Below are positions 21,682-33,337 of a DNA stretch of 64,000 nt, piece after piece. Source of the DNA: Macrostomum lignano (Eukaryota); assembly GCA_002269645.1 (NCBI GenBank), contig NIVC01003693.1, positions 18,524 through 82,523 of the forward strand, written 5' to 3'. Numbering within the stretch: position 1 is the first letter of the stretch; the number at the start of each line of letters is the position of its first letter. The position numbers and the translations under genes are program-made. The notes beneath the pieces are model-generated. The model ran no database searches and had not been told where the DNA came from. It worked only from the letters and a program-made list of their open reading frames with translations.

Positions 21682-22689
21682 TCAGCGCAGTAGACCGAAG
21701 AAGCTGCGAATCTCAGCCTCCGTCATCGTGTCGTTCATGATGGCCACCGCCTGCACCGTGCCCTTCAGCATTCGCGGGTCGGCAGGTCGAAATCCCAAGC
21801 GGATGCAGCGGCATGTCGGCACGGCAGAGTTACGCTGAGGACCAGCGTTCACGGCAGACCGCGGCACGAACTCGGAGTTGGAGAAGAAGTCGCGGCTTGA
21901 CGGAGACGCCGAAGTGACGCCGACCTCAACGAATCGATTCGGGTCAAACGAGTTCGTGGCAGAAGGCGTGGAGTACTCAGAAAAGGATGAAGCCTCCCTA
22001 AAGAAGTACAGGCCCAAACCTCCAGTCCAGCCGTCCCAAAAACCCACACAAAGGGCCTTGGAGTCGCAGTTGTAGGATTCGAGCAGCGTTGCCTCCACTC
22101 GGGCATCCCGCTTGAGCCTGATCAGCCACGTGAGTCCCTGCTGCACGCTCGCGAGCTCCACGTTCTCCAGCCACATCTTGGACGACACTCCGTCGAGCTT
22201 GGCTCCCTCGCTGCTCCACTCCACATTCTCCGACATCCACTGCTGCGTCTGGCCGCACACCAAGTTGCTCCTGCTGGCGTCCGCATCGTCGCTCATCACC
22301 CAGGCGGCCCTCAGCTTCGAGCCCACACCCAGCATGAGCTTCCTGCTCAAGGTGAGGAACTTGGCGGCTCTGGCATTGGCGAATGCGGCACAGCGGCGGG
22401 ACTGCGAGCTCTCTGCAGCAGCGAGTCCATCGATGAGGTGGCACACTGCGGTGTACTGGAAGAGCGAGCACTGGCGAATGTCCGAGTCGAACTGGGCCAC
22501 CTGCAGGCCGCTCGAGGCACCGGCGACAGCAGCCTCAAGAAGACACTCGACGGTGTCAGCAGGGGTCTCGGCCAGCCGCTCTGCCAGAAGTTCGGGCAGG
22601 CACTGTGGCACCACCAGCCTCCGCCACACAACATCAGAGCTTCCGCAGTCGATCAGCTGGCAGTAGCAGGTCAGGACGAGGATGCTGCC
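21682..22689 (-). CDS. Probable secreted protein of unknown function (PAN-like N-terminus, ConA/LamG-like C-terminus); last exon
   Basis: The open frame extends upstream to an acceptor TTTCAG near 22689 (GSILVLTCYCQLIDCG, signal-like). CSLFQY..CHL is PAN-like; VQAVAIMNDTMTEAEI resembles the LamG C-terminal motif. Codon usage is GC-rich. Confidence 0.55.
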   Translation of the reverse strand, partial: GSILVLTCYCQLIDCGSSDVVWRRLVVPQCLPELLAERLAETPADTVECLLEAAVAGASSGLQVAQFDSDIRQCSLFQYTAVCHLIDGLAAAESSQSRRCAAFANARAAKFLTLSRKLMLGVGSKLRAAWVMSDDADASRSNLVCGQTQQWMSENVEWSSEGAKLDGVSSKMWLENVELASVQQGLTWLIRLKRDARVEATLLESYNCDSKALCVGFWDGWTGGLGLYFFREASSFSEYSTPSATNSFDPNRFVEVGVTSASPSSRDFFSNSEFVPRSAVNAGPQRNSAVPTCRCIRLGFRPADPRMLKGTVQAVAIMNDTMTEAEIRSFFGLLR

Positions 22690-23555
22690 TGAAATGGATC
22701 AATCTGTTAAGTTATTTTTGCAAAATTTTGCCGATACAAAAGTTTTACACCTTACCCATGGTCTTTGTCCAAAGTCTTGAAGTCAGAGACATCGAAATTC
22801 TTTTAATTTTTGCAACCTTTTAGGCAATGTTCTTTAGTTCTTAATCTCGAACTTGTGCGCATTTGATGCGGCAAGTTGTCCTAAAGCCAGGAAACCTGAA
22901 AAGCTTGCGGGTCGGTTTTAATATTGGAGCAGTTCGAAAATTTATTCAGAAATTTGTTTTAACCGTGTTTGCGCTCAGAGTTGCTTCACTACCCTTGCAG
23001 CTTAGCTGCGATTTGTCCGGCCGGAAGCTTTCAGCTTGCAACTTGCCAGGTTGATTTCCCAGCAAACAGTTACCACTGAAACTGGGCATGAGGCGGCCAA
23101 TTCCGTTGTCTTAACGTCAATAGACATTGCAGACTATTTATTCACTGGATACGAGCTATAGACACTGTCAGTCGCTTACTTCAACAGTGAAAAGGCGAGG
23201 GAATCTCAATTTTTTTCTAACGTAATTTGTGGATTAACTATTAGCAATGGAACTTCTTCTCATTTTAAGCCCCGCTAGCGGGTACTGAGGCACATTTCTG
23301 ATGCAACTGACACAGAGAGCTAAGCGAAATTACGTTGAGCCATGCGGCAGCTTCAGATGAGAATCGGAAATTTCTCGTGAGACACCCCACAGCACACGAG
23401 TTTGGTAAATCCCCGGGCATTTTATGACTGGTTTGCCTAGCCGGCTTGCACGGCGTGGGCTAGCCGGCGTCTGCGATTGGCTGGGAGGGGGTTGATTGAC
23501 TCCACCCCTGGGGGTGGGTGTGTGGCGTTGGGGTGGGTGGCGCTGTGCCTTTTTA

Positions 23556-24212
23556 GGGGGCGCCAGCACCAGGGGGCGCCAGCACCAGGGGGCGCCAGCA
23601 CCAGGGGGCGCCAGCACCAGGGGGCGCCAGCACCAGGGGGCGCCAGCACCAGGGGGCGCCAGCACCAGGGGGCGCCAGCACCAGGGGGCGCCAGCACCAG
23701 GGGGCGCCAGAACCAGGACCGCCAGCACCAGGGGGCGCCAGCACCAGGGGCCGCCAGCACCAGGGGCCGCCAGCACCAGGGGCCGCCAGCACCAGGGGGC
23801 GCCAGCACCAGGACCGCCAGCACCAGGGGGCGCCAGCATATCAGGGGGCGCCAGCACCAGGGGGCGCCAGCACCAGGGGGCGCCAGCACCAGGGGGCGCC
23901 AGCACCAGGGGGCGCCAGCACCAGGGGCCGCCAGCACCAGGGGGCGCCAGCACCAGGGGGCGCCAGAACCAGGACCGCCAGCACCAGGGGGCGCCAGCAC
24001 CAGGGGCCGCCAGCACCAGGGGCCGCCAGCACCAGGGGCCGCCAGCACCAGGGGCCGCCAGCACCAGGGGGCGCCAGCACCAGGACCGCCAGCACCAGGG
24101 GGCGCCAGCATATCAGGGGGCGCCAGCACCAGGGGGCGCCAGCACCAGGGGGCGCCAGCACCAGGGGGCGCCAGCACCAGGGGGCGCCAGCACCAGGGGG
24201 CGCCAGCATATC
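23556..24212. repeat. 16-bp GC-rich minisatellite (CGCCAGCACCAGGGGG)n, about 40 copies
   Basis: Direct reading; accounts for the repetitive ORFs in several frames. Confidence 0.97.
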
Positions 24213-24399
24213 AGGGCTAGTCCCCGAGAATGAAATGAACAGAATAAAGACTACACGCACTAACTATACTCGTAGATTCAAATGTCTACACCAACTCAGA
24301 AGAATTCTGAGAACAATCTTCAATTGTCAGCTTCAATCATTAATTTATTATCCGTCAGAGAAGGGTCAGCTGGCAGTGCAGCTCAGCTCAAGAAACTCG

Positions 24400-24940
24400 T
24401 CAGTGCCTGTCGGCTCCGCGCCGCTCGCAGTAGCCCCGGAACTCCTCCTCTGTCATGAGCAGCGCAGGGCAGGAGCGCCGGGTGCACGAGGCCTCTCCCA
24501 GGGCTCTGCACACGCACCTGTTGCAGCCGTCGTTGAACACCTGCCTGCGCCTGACCGCGTCAGCAACACAGACCGTCTCCGGCTGCAGGCAGCGCCTGCG
24601 GAGGCTGGCCCGCTGCATCTTGGCCCGCATCTGCCGCTCGGCAGACTCGCAGTAGGCCGCGGCAGCTGCGGCTCTGTCGCCAGCCTCATCAGGCCGAGGG
24701 CAGGCCTTGAAGGTGGTCTGGCCGGTGCCGTCAGCGTGGCAGGTGACCGTGTTGCAGCCGTCCGAGTAGGTGAACCCGTTGGTGGCCGGGTCGCAGATCC
24801 GCTCGGCTGCCAGCCGCGGACAAGCGAACTCCTGGCTGAAGTTGCGGCGCCGCCGGCGCATGGACCTGCAAGTCGGTTTTACGATGGGTGCGGTGCAGCT
24901 TGGCTGTTCTGGCTTGGTGAATTTTTGCGTCAGACAATGC
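24400..24940 (-). CDS. Pacifastin-like protease inhibitor precursor (paralog 2; 5' exon not identified)
   Basis: Canonical domain C..FNDGCNRCVCRALGEASCTRRSCP plus degenerate domain C..YSDGCNTVTCHADGTGQTTFKACP. The frame is open upstream to LALSDAKFTKPEQPSC; candidate acceptor near 24940. Confidence 0.75.
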
Positions 24941-25539
24941 TAACACGATTCACAGTGTTGAAAAAGACAATTTGTTTCAATGGAAAATCTAAAAAGTTGT
25001 GTCTCTTGAAGCTACTATTTCTGGCACCCTTTTTGACTTCTAATAATATAACTATATGCGAGTAGATATTTAGTATAGTTGGATAGTTGGACTAGTTGAC
25101 TAGCCCCCTTGGGGCGCAGCTATTGCATTATTGGTAGATACCCTATCTTATAAGCCTTTAATATACTGTATGCAAACTAAAAGGTTACGGTGTGCTAATT
25201 AAATATTTTTAAGACAGGCAGGCAGGCAGGAAACAATTAAAAGTCAATTTAAAAGTTAAATCAATTTTATGCTAAGAAAAGTTAAAATCAACTGTCTTGC
25301 TATTCTTTAGAGAATCGCGAGACTTCAATTTAGTTACCTCGGCGACTTTTTAGGTTTCGATTCATTTACCGGTTTTTCTGGTTTTGAAAGCCGATAGAGT
25401 TTTATTTCAAAATGTCAAACAGGCTTGCCAAAGTGCAGACGCCGAAACCAATAATTGCGAACAAAACACAACATTTTTGCTTAAATAAAGGTTCAGTGCG
25501 GGCAGAAGAGATAAACATGTTCTGCTGCTTCACGCCTTC

Positions 25540-26055
25540 CTACCCCCTCTTGCCGCTGGTGGGCGGCCCCTGCTCAGCGCTCTCCTCATTGAGGCGCTCG
25601 ATGAATCGGCAGAAAGCGGAGTCCGACTCGCCAGCCGGGCAGGAGCGCCTGGTGACGCCAACCACAGAGCCATCTTCAGAGCAGGCGATCATGTTGCAGC
25701 CGTCGGTGAAGCGGAAGCCGCCGCCGCCGCGCCCTGGGCGGCAGACGGACTCGGGCGAGGCGTTGGGGCAGGAGCGCGGCGGAACGCGGTCGAAGATGGC
25801 GAAGCCAACGCTAACGCACTGGCTGCGGTCCTTGGCGGACAGCGGGTCCTCGGTCGGGCAGCGACGTCGGGAGGAGGCGGCGAGACCGCCAGCAAGACAG
25901 CGTACGCGGTTGCAGCCGTCGCTAAAGGAGAAGCCCTCGCCAGCTGTGGCGCAGATGCTGTCCAGCGGGTGCAGGCTGGTGCAGGTGACGCCGCCGGCCT
26001 CGGCAGCTCCGGCAGCCAGCAGGACGAGCAGCGGCAGAACAGTGAGCGTCAGCAT
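25540..26055 (-). CDS. Pacifastin-like secreted protein (paralog 1) with two degenerate domains
   Basis: Signal peptide MLTLTVLPLLVLLAAGAAEA; repeats C..FSDGCNRVRC..SSRRRCP and C..FTDGCNMIAC..VTRRSCP; the FCRFIERL tail resembles FRGYCERR of paralog 2. Confidence 0.75.
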   Translation of the reverse strand: MLTLTVLPLLVLLAAGAAEAGGVTCTSLHPLDSICATAGEGFSFSDGCNRVRCLAGGLAASSRRRCPTEDPLSAKDRSQCVSVGFAIFDRVPPRSCPNASPESVCRPGRGGGGFRFTDGCNMIACSEDGSVVGVTRRSCPAGESDSAFCRFIERLNEESAEQGPPTSGKRG

Positions 26056-27189
26056 TATGCAGCGATATCGATATCGGGAATGCAATTTCGAGTTTAGGGA
26101 ATGATAGGGGACCTTAATAGCCACTAGTTGGGTCAGTTTTATTCGAAATTAGGCTCATAAATCAAAATGTAGGAAATTGCAGCTGCTAGGCTCCACTTAA
26201 TTGCAGTTTGCGAACTACGCCATCGTTTTGTCTATGGCCGGAAGCAATTAGCAGAGTGTGCGAGGAGTGAAACAAGCAACCCCATTCAGGGCTTTTGAAT
26301 AATAATAGCCTCTGGATTAGACTTGTTGACTGAAGAGCACTGCTGCAAACGCTGGAGTTAGCTCGACTCGGTCAATAGGTGAGGAGCGAATGCGGTACGT
26401 TATTGCCAGAGGGAGACACGGACATGAACGGGCAATACTTAATATCTGTACGCTGTAAAAATACAGAGCGAAAACGGACTTAGCCGCAACAGGGTTCCAT
26501 AGTCATCTGTTCAAGGTTCAGAAGCTCCGCCTGGGCGAGGGCCAGAGGCCACGAAAGTCAGAGATGATGCACACACATGTTGACATGATGAGCAAATTTG
26601 AGGCACTAGCGTTTATGAAAAAAACACTGCCTTCTGGCTGGCGCTATCGTTCAATATCTTGACGGTCTGGAGGGTTGCTTGGTATTCCTCCTACTGACAA
26701 ACAGTCCATGTTTTTTTTCTCCAGCCAGCCAGCCTCATCCAATCCAGATGCCTGTCTATAGATGTCCATGGCTGACCAATTTACATGTAGGCCGGTAGTT
26801 GATGCCACATTAGAGTTGCTGCGTATTTTTAACAACTACGAGACAAATGCATGACTGTATGGGCAGCCACACATTTCTGCTGTAAAATTGTCAGTTGTAA
26901 CTTTGCTTGGCGGTCACTTCCGGGCCGGAACCCGCTCCCATTGCTGCTAAACCCCTGGTACGATAAGCCAAATATATTACGAATATTGTAATGGAGGCTG
27001 GATCGTCATCAACCACTCTCAGCGATTCACTTTTCATCAAGGACTTCGAAAAGACAGCCGACCCGACCCGAAGCTAGCAAGGAGTTTTGCCAAGGACATC
27101 TTCAAACCGCAACTTGGACTGCTAACTTTTCTAAAACTCTCATTTTTAAGGCTGACCCAAGAACGGCTTGTAAAGGAAGTCGACACCTC

Positions 27190-28255
27190 AAAGTACGGCT
27201 CAAGGGGATTCGTGTCTGGATGGAGAACCGTGGCGACTTTCTCTCAGCACACCGTTTTCCAGAACGAAGTTCTCGCCATCAGCTCTTGCGCCATGGAGCT
27301 GTACAATCAGCGCGTCTGGGGGAAGATTATCCTCCACTCGGACAGTCAAGCGGCGATCCACGCCCTTGAGGGCACCACCACCTGCTCGCGCAGTCCTCGA
27401 CTACATCGGGCAGCTCGATCAACCGCTTAGGCGCCTCCAACAAGGTGTCCCTAAGGTGGATCCTCGGGCACTCGGGCCACCCCAGAAACGAGTTGGTCGA
27501 TGGCCTGGCTTGACCGCATCATTCACTGGGGCCCGTGGCCCCCACCCCCACCACCGTTTTCACCACTCGGATCAACCAGTGGGTGGCTTCAAAGCACAGG
27601 GAGAGGTGGGCTAACGCCCCCGACTGCCGGCAATCCCGCGCGGCTGTCCCCTGTCCTTCCTCCGCCCTGCGCAGGGCCCTGCTTGGACTCAACCGCAGGG
27701 ACGTCAGGGCGGTGACCATGGCCCTCTCGGGTCATGGCTGCTTTGCCAGGCATCGCCACCTCCAGGGAAAAATCCGTAGTGAGAAATGCCCATTGTGCCT
27801 CTCTGCACTTACATCATCTGTGACTGCCCCGCTTTAACTCAAGCCGACCCAAACCCGGACCTCTCAGACGTTCTCAGGCCTGAGAATCTCTGCCAGATCG
27901 TCCGCTACCTAGCACGCGAAGGCGTATTCAGCATGCCAGTGAAGTATGAGACAGACCAGGCCTTTGGGCTAAGGTCTGCGATGCTTCACGCCTGCCCCTA
28001 TCTTCAGCAGGTCAAGGCTGGTGGGAGGTCTGCACCCTCTATTTGCCTCCGGCAGCCGCAGACCCCCCCCCCGCGCTGTCTCGCAAGTCGACCCAGGGTA
28101 CTCGTCCCCGCGTGTGTTCAAGGCAGTCCCTAGGGCTGCTGGACAGACTGGGCTCCGGCGCTGGCGACCCTATCCAGTGGCTTCGGCCGAATTTGGGTAT
28201 GCGGGTCTGGCTCGCCAACCTGCAGGCCGTGGTACTGCTCAACGTACTCTCTAAT
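27190..28255 (+). mobile_element. Degenerate 3' fragment of a LOA/R1-like LINE (RNase H, zinc knuckle, 3' UTR)
   Basis: [65 protein letters not shown], all homologous to 32700-33300 but frameshifted. Confidence 0.85.
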
Positions 28256-28428
28256 GCCTAAGGTGTTGACCGTGCCGATGGGCTGGAAGGCCGGGGAGTA
28301 GTCCGGTCGCAAGCGGTCCCCCTCCTGGTGTCGGGCCAGCCTTGAGGGTGCTATTGGCCTACTGCCCGGTCAGGTGGAGCGGCCGGGTGGGTACCGCGCC
28401 CCTTTGAGGGTAGCCCACCAACTTTATC

Positions 28429-29949
28429 ATGGCCTTCGAGCCGATTATGGAAAAAAACCCTATTTCTAGGGACGGGGACCCTTCTAAACCCCAAACTCAG
28501 TCCGAAGGACCGGCCGGCCCTGCTGGCAGATCCCAACCGACTGATTCAACTGTGGCAAAGGAAGGACCGGCTGGCTCTGCTGGCAGATCCGACCAGAGCT
28601 ACCAAACTCAAAATACCCAAAGACCTGCCAGCTCCGCTGGTGGATCTAAGGGAACCGCGAGCTCTGAGCCTAAAGGACCGGCCAAATCTGGCAGATCCGA
28701 TGAAGCTCAGCGGGCTCGGCTTGAGCGCAAACGCGCTAAACAACGCGCCAAAAGGCAGGCCAAGAAGGGAGCAGCGGGGGCCAAAGCGGCGGCGTCCACC
28801 ATGGATGCTGAAGCGATTGGCGTCCCAAGGCAACCAGACGGGCCGGCCGGTGGAAGCTCTGGTAGTTCAGCGGCGGCGCTCCCTAGAGATGCTGCTGCGG
28901 CTGCTGAGGCCGAAACCACGGCGCAACAAATGGCCACTGCCAACAAGGAGGTTCCTTCGGGAGCTACCTTTGCGGCGAAGGCCAAGGCCAAAATCCCGGG
29001 AGTGATCATCCAAGGTCGCGACCAGGACTGGACCACTGATCAGCTTCAAAAAGTGTGGAGTGCTGTTGACTCCTTTCTGATTGAGCTGACTGTCAAGGAG
29101 GGAATCTCCATCGGCATTGAGCGGATGGTGCTGCGAAGCACATTCGTTCTTATTGCTCCTAGCAGCGAGGAGGACGCTCGGCAGCTGCTCCAGCGGCTGC
29201 CGACGGTCTCCTTGGATGCTGACCTTGGCGGAGCTCTTTTTCTTCGCGAGGGCCAGCGTCCAAAGACGATACCCTATGTGGTTTTCGTCCCTGCTAAGAG
29301 CACCGCAGCTGGACCAGATGTTATCCGCCGGGTCCTACTGCGTCTGAACCCCGACCTCCCTGCTAGTGGACTGGTGTATCACCGCCGAGTCCGCAGGGGG
29401 GAGACGGGCAAATCAATTGTCCTCGGCCTTTCCAGCACTTGGGCGAGTCGGTACCCTAATGGATCCTCTTTCCAGCTGGGTGCCCTCAAGCTCAAGATGC
29501 GCCGAGGAAAGTCTGCCAAAGGGAAGGCTACTGCCAACCCCGGCATCTCCGGCAAGAGCGGGGTGCAGTCTAAGGCCCAAGGAAAGGCGCAAGCCGATCC
29601 CAAAGCCAAAGCTGCATCTCGCCCCTCTGCTAGCAGCAGTTCGGCGACCGCGGTAACGGCTCCGGCCAAGCCCCGGGAACCAAATCTGCCAGTCGGAGAA
29701 GGAGTTGAGGACGAGGCCGGGTCTTCGGAATCCGAGCTCTCCTCGGCCACCCTGGTGGGGTCTGAAGGCAAAGATGCAGATGAGGAAGCTTCCTCCATCC
29801 TGTCGTCGGAGCCTGAGGACTCTGCTGGGGGGCCGGTGGGGGTAAGGAGGCCATGGACGTCGACCAACTCCCATCTCCCAGTCAAGCCCCAGCGGCCTGG
29901 GACGAGGACGATCTGTTGTCCAAGTCTCCTTGATGGCCCTGGGCTCTAG
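28429..29949 (+). CDS. LINE ORF1 (gag-like; DUF4780-like central domain)
   Basis: 506-aa ORF directly before ORF2, with low-complexity termini and a central globular region (IPYVVFVPAKS..VLLRLNPDL..IVLGL). The DUF4780 resemblance is from recall and unverified. Confidence 0.75.
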   Translation: MAFEPIMEKNPISRDGDPSKPQTQSEGPAGPAGRSQPTDSTVAKEGPAGSAGRSDQSYQTQNTQRPASSAGGSKGTASSEPKGPAKSGRSDEAQRARLERKRAKQRAKRQAKKGAAGAKAAASTMDAEAIGVPRQPDGPAGGSSGSSAAALPRDAAAAAEAETTAQQMATANKEVPSGATFAAKAKAKIPGVIIQGRDQDWTTDQLQKVWSAVDSFLIELTVKEGISIGIERMVLRSTFVLIAPSSEEDARQLLQRLPTVSLDADLGGALFLREGQRPKTIPYVVFVPAKSTAAGPDVIRRVLLRLNPDLPASGLVYHRRVRRGETGKSIVLGLSSTWASRYPNGSSFQLGALKLKMRRGKSAKGKATANPGISGKSGVQSKAQGKAQADPKAKAASRPSASSSSATAVTAPAKPREPNLPVGEGVEDEAGSSESELSSATLVGSEGKDADEEASSILSSEPEDSAGGPVGVRRPWTSTNSHLPVKPQRPGTRTICCPSLLDGPGL

Positions 29950-29972
29950 CCAGACATTGCATTTAATACAGT

Positions 29973-32900
29973 ATGACTAAGCTCCACGCTGCCAAAGGAG
30001 CGACATTCTGTCTACAAATAAATTTACAGCATTGCGTATCTGCGTCAGTAAATCTGATGAAGATTGCTGAGCTGTACAGGCCAGGCCTCATCCTGATCCA
30101 GGAACCCTGGATGCGCAACGGTAAGTTGCCCAACATTCCCTCTGGCTACTCTGATTTTTATGTGTGTGGCCCGGGGAACAGCCGCCCTAGAGCGGCTATC
30201 CTCGCTGCTAGCCATCTCCAGGCTTGGCTGAGGACTGATCTCTCTGATGGAGACCTTTGCGTCATCCAATCTAATCATTTCTCTCCGCGTACGTGTCTTG
30301 TTGCCTCGGTTTATATCCCAGGCGACAGAGATCCTGCTCCCGAGAGTTACTGCGCCTTGCGCAGTACTGCGAGTCCCAGAACGCTGAGCTGTGCTTAGGG
30401 GGCGACCTCAACGCGCATCACAAGCACTGGGGCAGCAAAGATACCAACACTAGAGGAGAGGAGCTTCTGGCCCTCATCTCTAACACAAACCTCATGCTCT
30501 GCAACCGCGGCAGCACTCCTACCTTTAATAATGGCAGATGGACCGAGGTCCTCGACGCCACAAGCGTTACCCCAAGACTCTTTGACAGAGTTGAGGAGTG
30601 GAGAGTCTGGTCTGAGGAGCCCTCCCTGTCTGACCACTGCTTTATCGCCTTTAACATCGCGGACACTAAAACCCGGTCTCCGATCACTTGGAGGCGCAAT
30701 ATCCGCAACACTGATTGGGCGGCCTACAAGGCTGCCCTTGATCTGCACCTGCAGGAACTCACGGACTTACGTCCGATTGAGACCTGCGAGGATGTGGATC
30801 ATATGGCTGAGACGCTGACAGGTTGCATTATTGCAGCCTACGAAGCGGCTTGTCCTGCTCGCGCCTACAAAGGCAAGACCTCGGCGCCGTGGTGGAACCC
30901 GGAGCTGGGGAAACTCAGGCGGAAGGCCAAAAGCCTTCATCGCCGTGCCATGAAGACCGGAAACCCGGAGGACATGGAGCTTTTCCGGCAAGCCTCCCGC
31001 AATTGCTAGAGCTACTGCTAGACCGGAGCCCAACCATTCGATGGATGGAGCTACCCTAGCGGCGGGCACTGTTACTGAAGACCTAATCGCTCGTGCGGTC
31101 AGAACCTTCAAACCCTTCAAATCTCCTGGACCTGATGGTATCTACCCTGTTCTCCTTCGTGAAGCAGCCAAGATACCCTCGTTCCTGAGACTCACCCGCA
31201 ATCTTATGCGGGCCTCTATCCAGCTGGGATACGTTCCCAAATGCTGGACTGAAGCTCGGGTAGTCTTTATTCCCAAACCTGGGAAGGGTGACTACCAAAG
31301 CGTCAAGGCCTTCCGGCCAATTAGCTTAACGTCAGCAATGCTTAAGCTCACTGAGAGGCTTATTCTCTGGCGGCTGCTCTCCTGCGAGCTGACAGCGATG
31401 CCCCTCAGCAATAATCAGCACGCCTTCCGTACCGGGAGGTCGACTGACAGCGCCCTGCATGCGATTGTCGAGAAGATTGAACGGGCGGTACTGGGTGACG
31501 GTTACGCCCTGGCTCTCTTTCTTGACATTGTTGGCGCCTTCGACAACGTTATCTTTGAAGCGTTTCAGAGGGCCCTTCAAAATCGCAAAGCTCATGCTAC
31601 CCTCATACGGTGGATCATGTACATGATCTCCAACCGTACGGTCACTGCCCAACTTCTTGGGCAAACTGCCTCCACCAGAGTCTGTAAGGGTGGACCCCAA
31701 GGCGGAGTCCTCACCCGACGCTCTGGAACCTGGTCATGGACGCTCTTCTGAGTGACTCCCGACCCGACCCCGTCTTCAAAGTCGGGTATGCTGATGACGT
31801 CACGGCCATTGTGGCAGGACCGTCTCCCAGCACGCTCAGGGATCTGATGCAGAGCTTTATCCGCAAAGCAGAATCCTGGGCCAATGACAATGGTCTGGAA
31901 CTCTCTGAGCCCAAAACCGTTGCCATTATGTTTACCAGCAGACTACGCTGGAACATACGTCCTCTGCAGCTCTACGGCAGAGATATTGCCTTCGCGCACC
32001 AGACCAGATGTCTCGGGGTCACACTTGACAACCGGCTCAACTGGTCCTTCCACGTGAAAGCAAAAGCCAAGCGTGCCTCAGCCATCCTGGTCCAGCTCCG
32101 ACGAGCACTTGGCATTTCTTGGGGTCTATCCCCAAAGCGGCTTTGGTGGATCTATACTTCCGTAGTTAGACCTGCCATTACGTACGCCTCTGTTGTCTGG
32201 GTTAGCGCTACCCAGGTCAAAAGCCATGCAGACCTGCTCAACACGATCCAAGGCAGAGCGTGTAGGCTCATCTGCAACGCCACCAGGTCCACGCCCTTTG
32301 CTGGCATGGGGGCCTTCCTTAATCTTCCGCCTCTTGACCTCTTCATCAGGGGTGAGGCGGCTAGAACGACGCGGCGTCTAATTGATGCCGGCGTCAAATT
32401 CATTTACATGAGAGCACCTGCTAAGCGGAACCTTGTCCCGCATAGCGATCTGTGCCTCAACTTTCTCAACGAGTGTCAGGCCAATCGCGTCTTCACCGAT
32501 GGCATTGCCTCAACGCTCAACCTGAGACAGCGCTACTCCGTAGCTATCGACTCGCGCGATAACATCAATGACCAATGGAACCTTGGTGAGCTTCATTGCT
32601 ACACCGATGGTTCTAAGCAGTCAGCCAACACCGGCTTTGGTGTTGGAATCTTCCTGAACGGGAGGGTCATCGCTACCCACGCTCAATACACTGGGGTCAA
32701 CTCCAGTGTTTTCCAAAATGAAGTTCTGGCCATCAGCTCCTGCACTGCAGAGCTTCTCGCCACTGGCGTTACTGGTAAGAACATCATTTTCCATTCGGAC
32801 AGCCAAGCTGCCTTGCACGCCATCAGTGGCTGCAGCACCAACTCTGCTACAGTCCTCGACTGTATCAAACTTCTCAACGTGTTGGGTTCCGCCAACAAAA

Positions 32901-33337
32901 TTACCCTTAAGTGGGTTCCGGGGCATGTGGGGATCCGAGGAAATGAGCTGGCTGACACCCTTGCAAAAGTTGGTGCCTCCGGCTCCTCTCTCGGCCCCGA
33001 ACCTCTTGTCCCGATTCCTGGCTGTGTCATCGACTCGCGCATCAAAGCGTGGATCAGGACTCAGCACCGCTCGACTTGGGCGAACCGCACGAACTGCAGG
33101 CAATCCAGAGGCGCTGTCCCTCAGCCCTCTCACCAGCTCCGGAAGCTCCTCTTGCGCCTCTCGCGCAGAGACATCCGGGCTGCCATCATGACCCTCTCTG
33201 GTCACGGCTGCTTCTCCAGGCACCAGTACCTGCAGGGCAACGCCACCAACGCCACCTGTAGTTTCTGCAACTCAGGTGACGAAACCGCTGAGCATTTCGT
33301 CAGCATCTGTCCCGCCTTAGCCAGACACTGCATTTAA
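29973..33337 (+). pseudogene. LINE ORF2 (APE-RT-RNase H-zinc knuckle), disrupted
   Basis: APE: QINLQH, LIQEPW, GDLNAH, SDH. RT: KSPGPDG, FRPISL, QHAFR, LDIVGAFDN, PQGGVL, YADD. RNase H: YTDGSK, HSDSQAAL, WVPGHVGIRGNE. Frameshifts near 30340 and 31715; stop and an apparent linker deletion near 31009. Confidence 0.9.

Noticed and set aside
23330-24260. Long repetitive ORFs in several frames (also 34681-35651, 55510-56125, 59799-61095, 62537-63323)
   Set aside because: They are by-products of stop-poor minisatellites and are open in multiple frames and strands.
25540-25545. Splicing the two pacifastin-like ORFs into one gene
   Set aside because: The candidate donor (phase 2) and acceptor near 24940 (phase 1) are incompatible and give an immediate stop.
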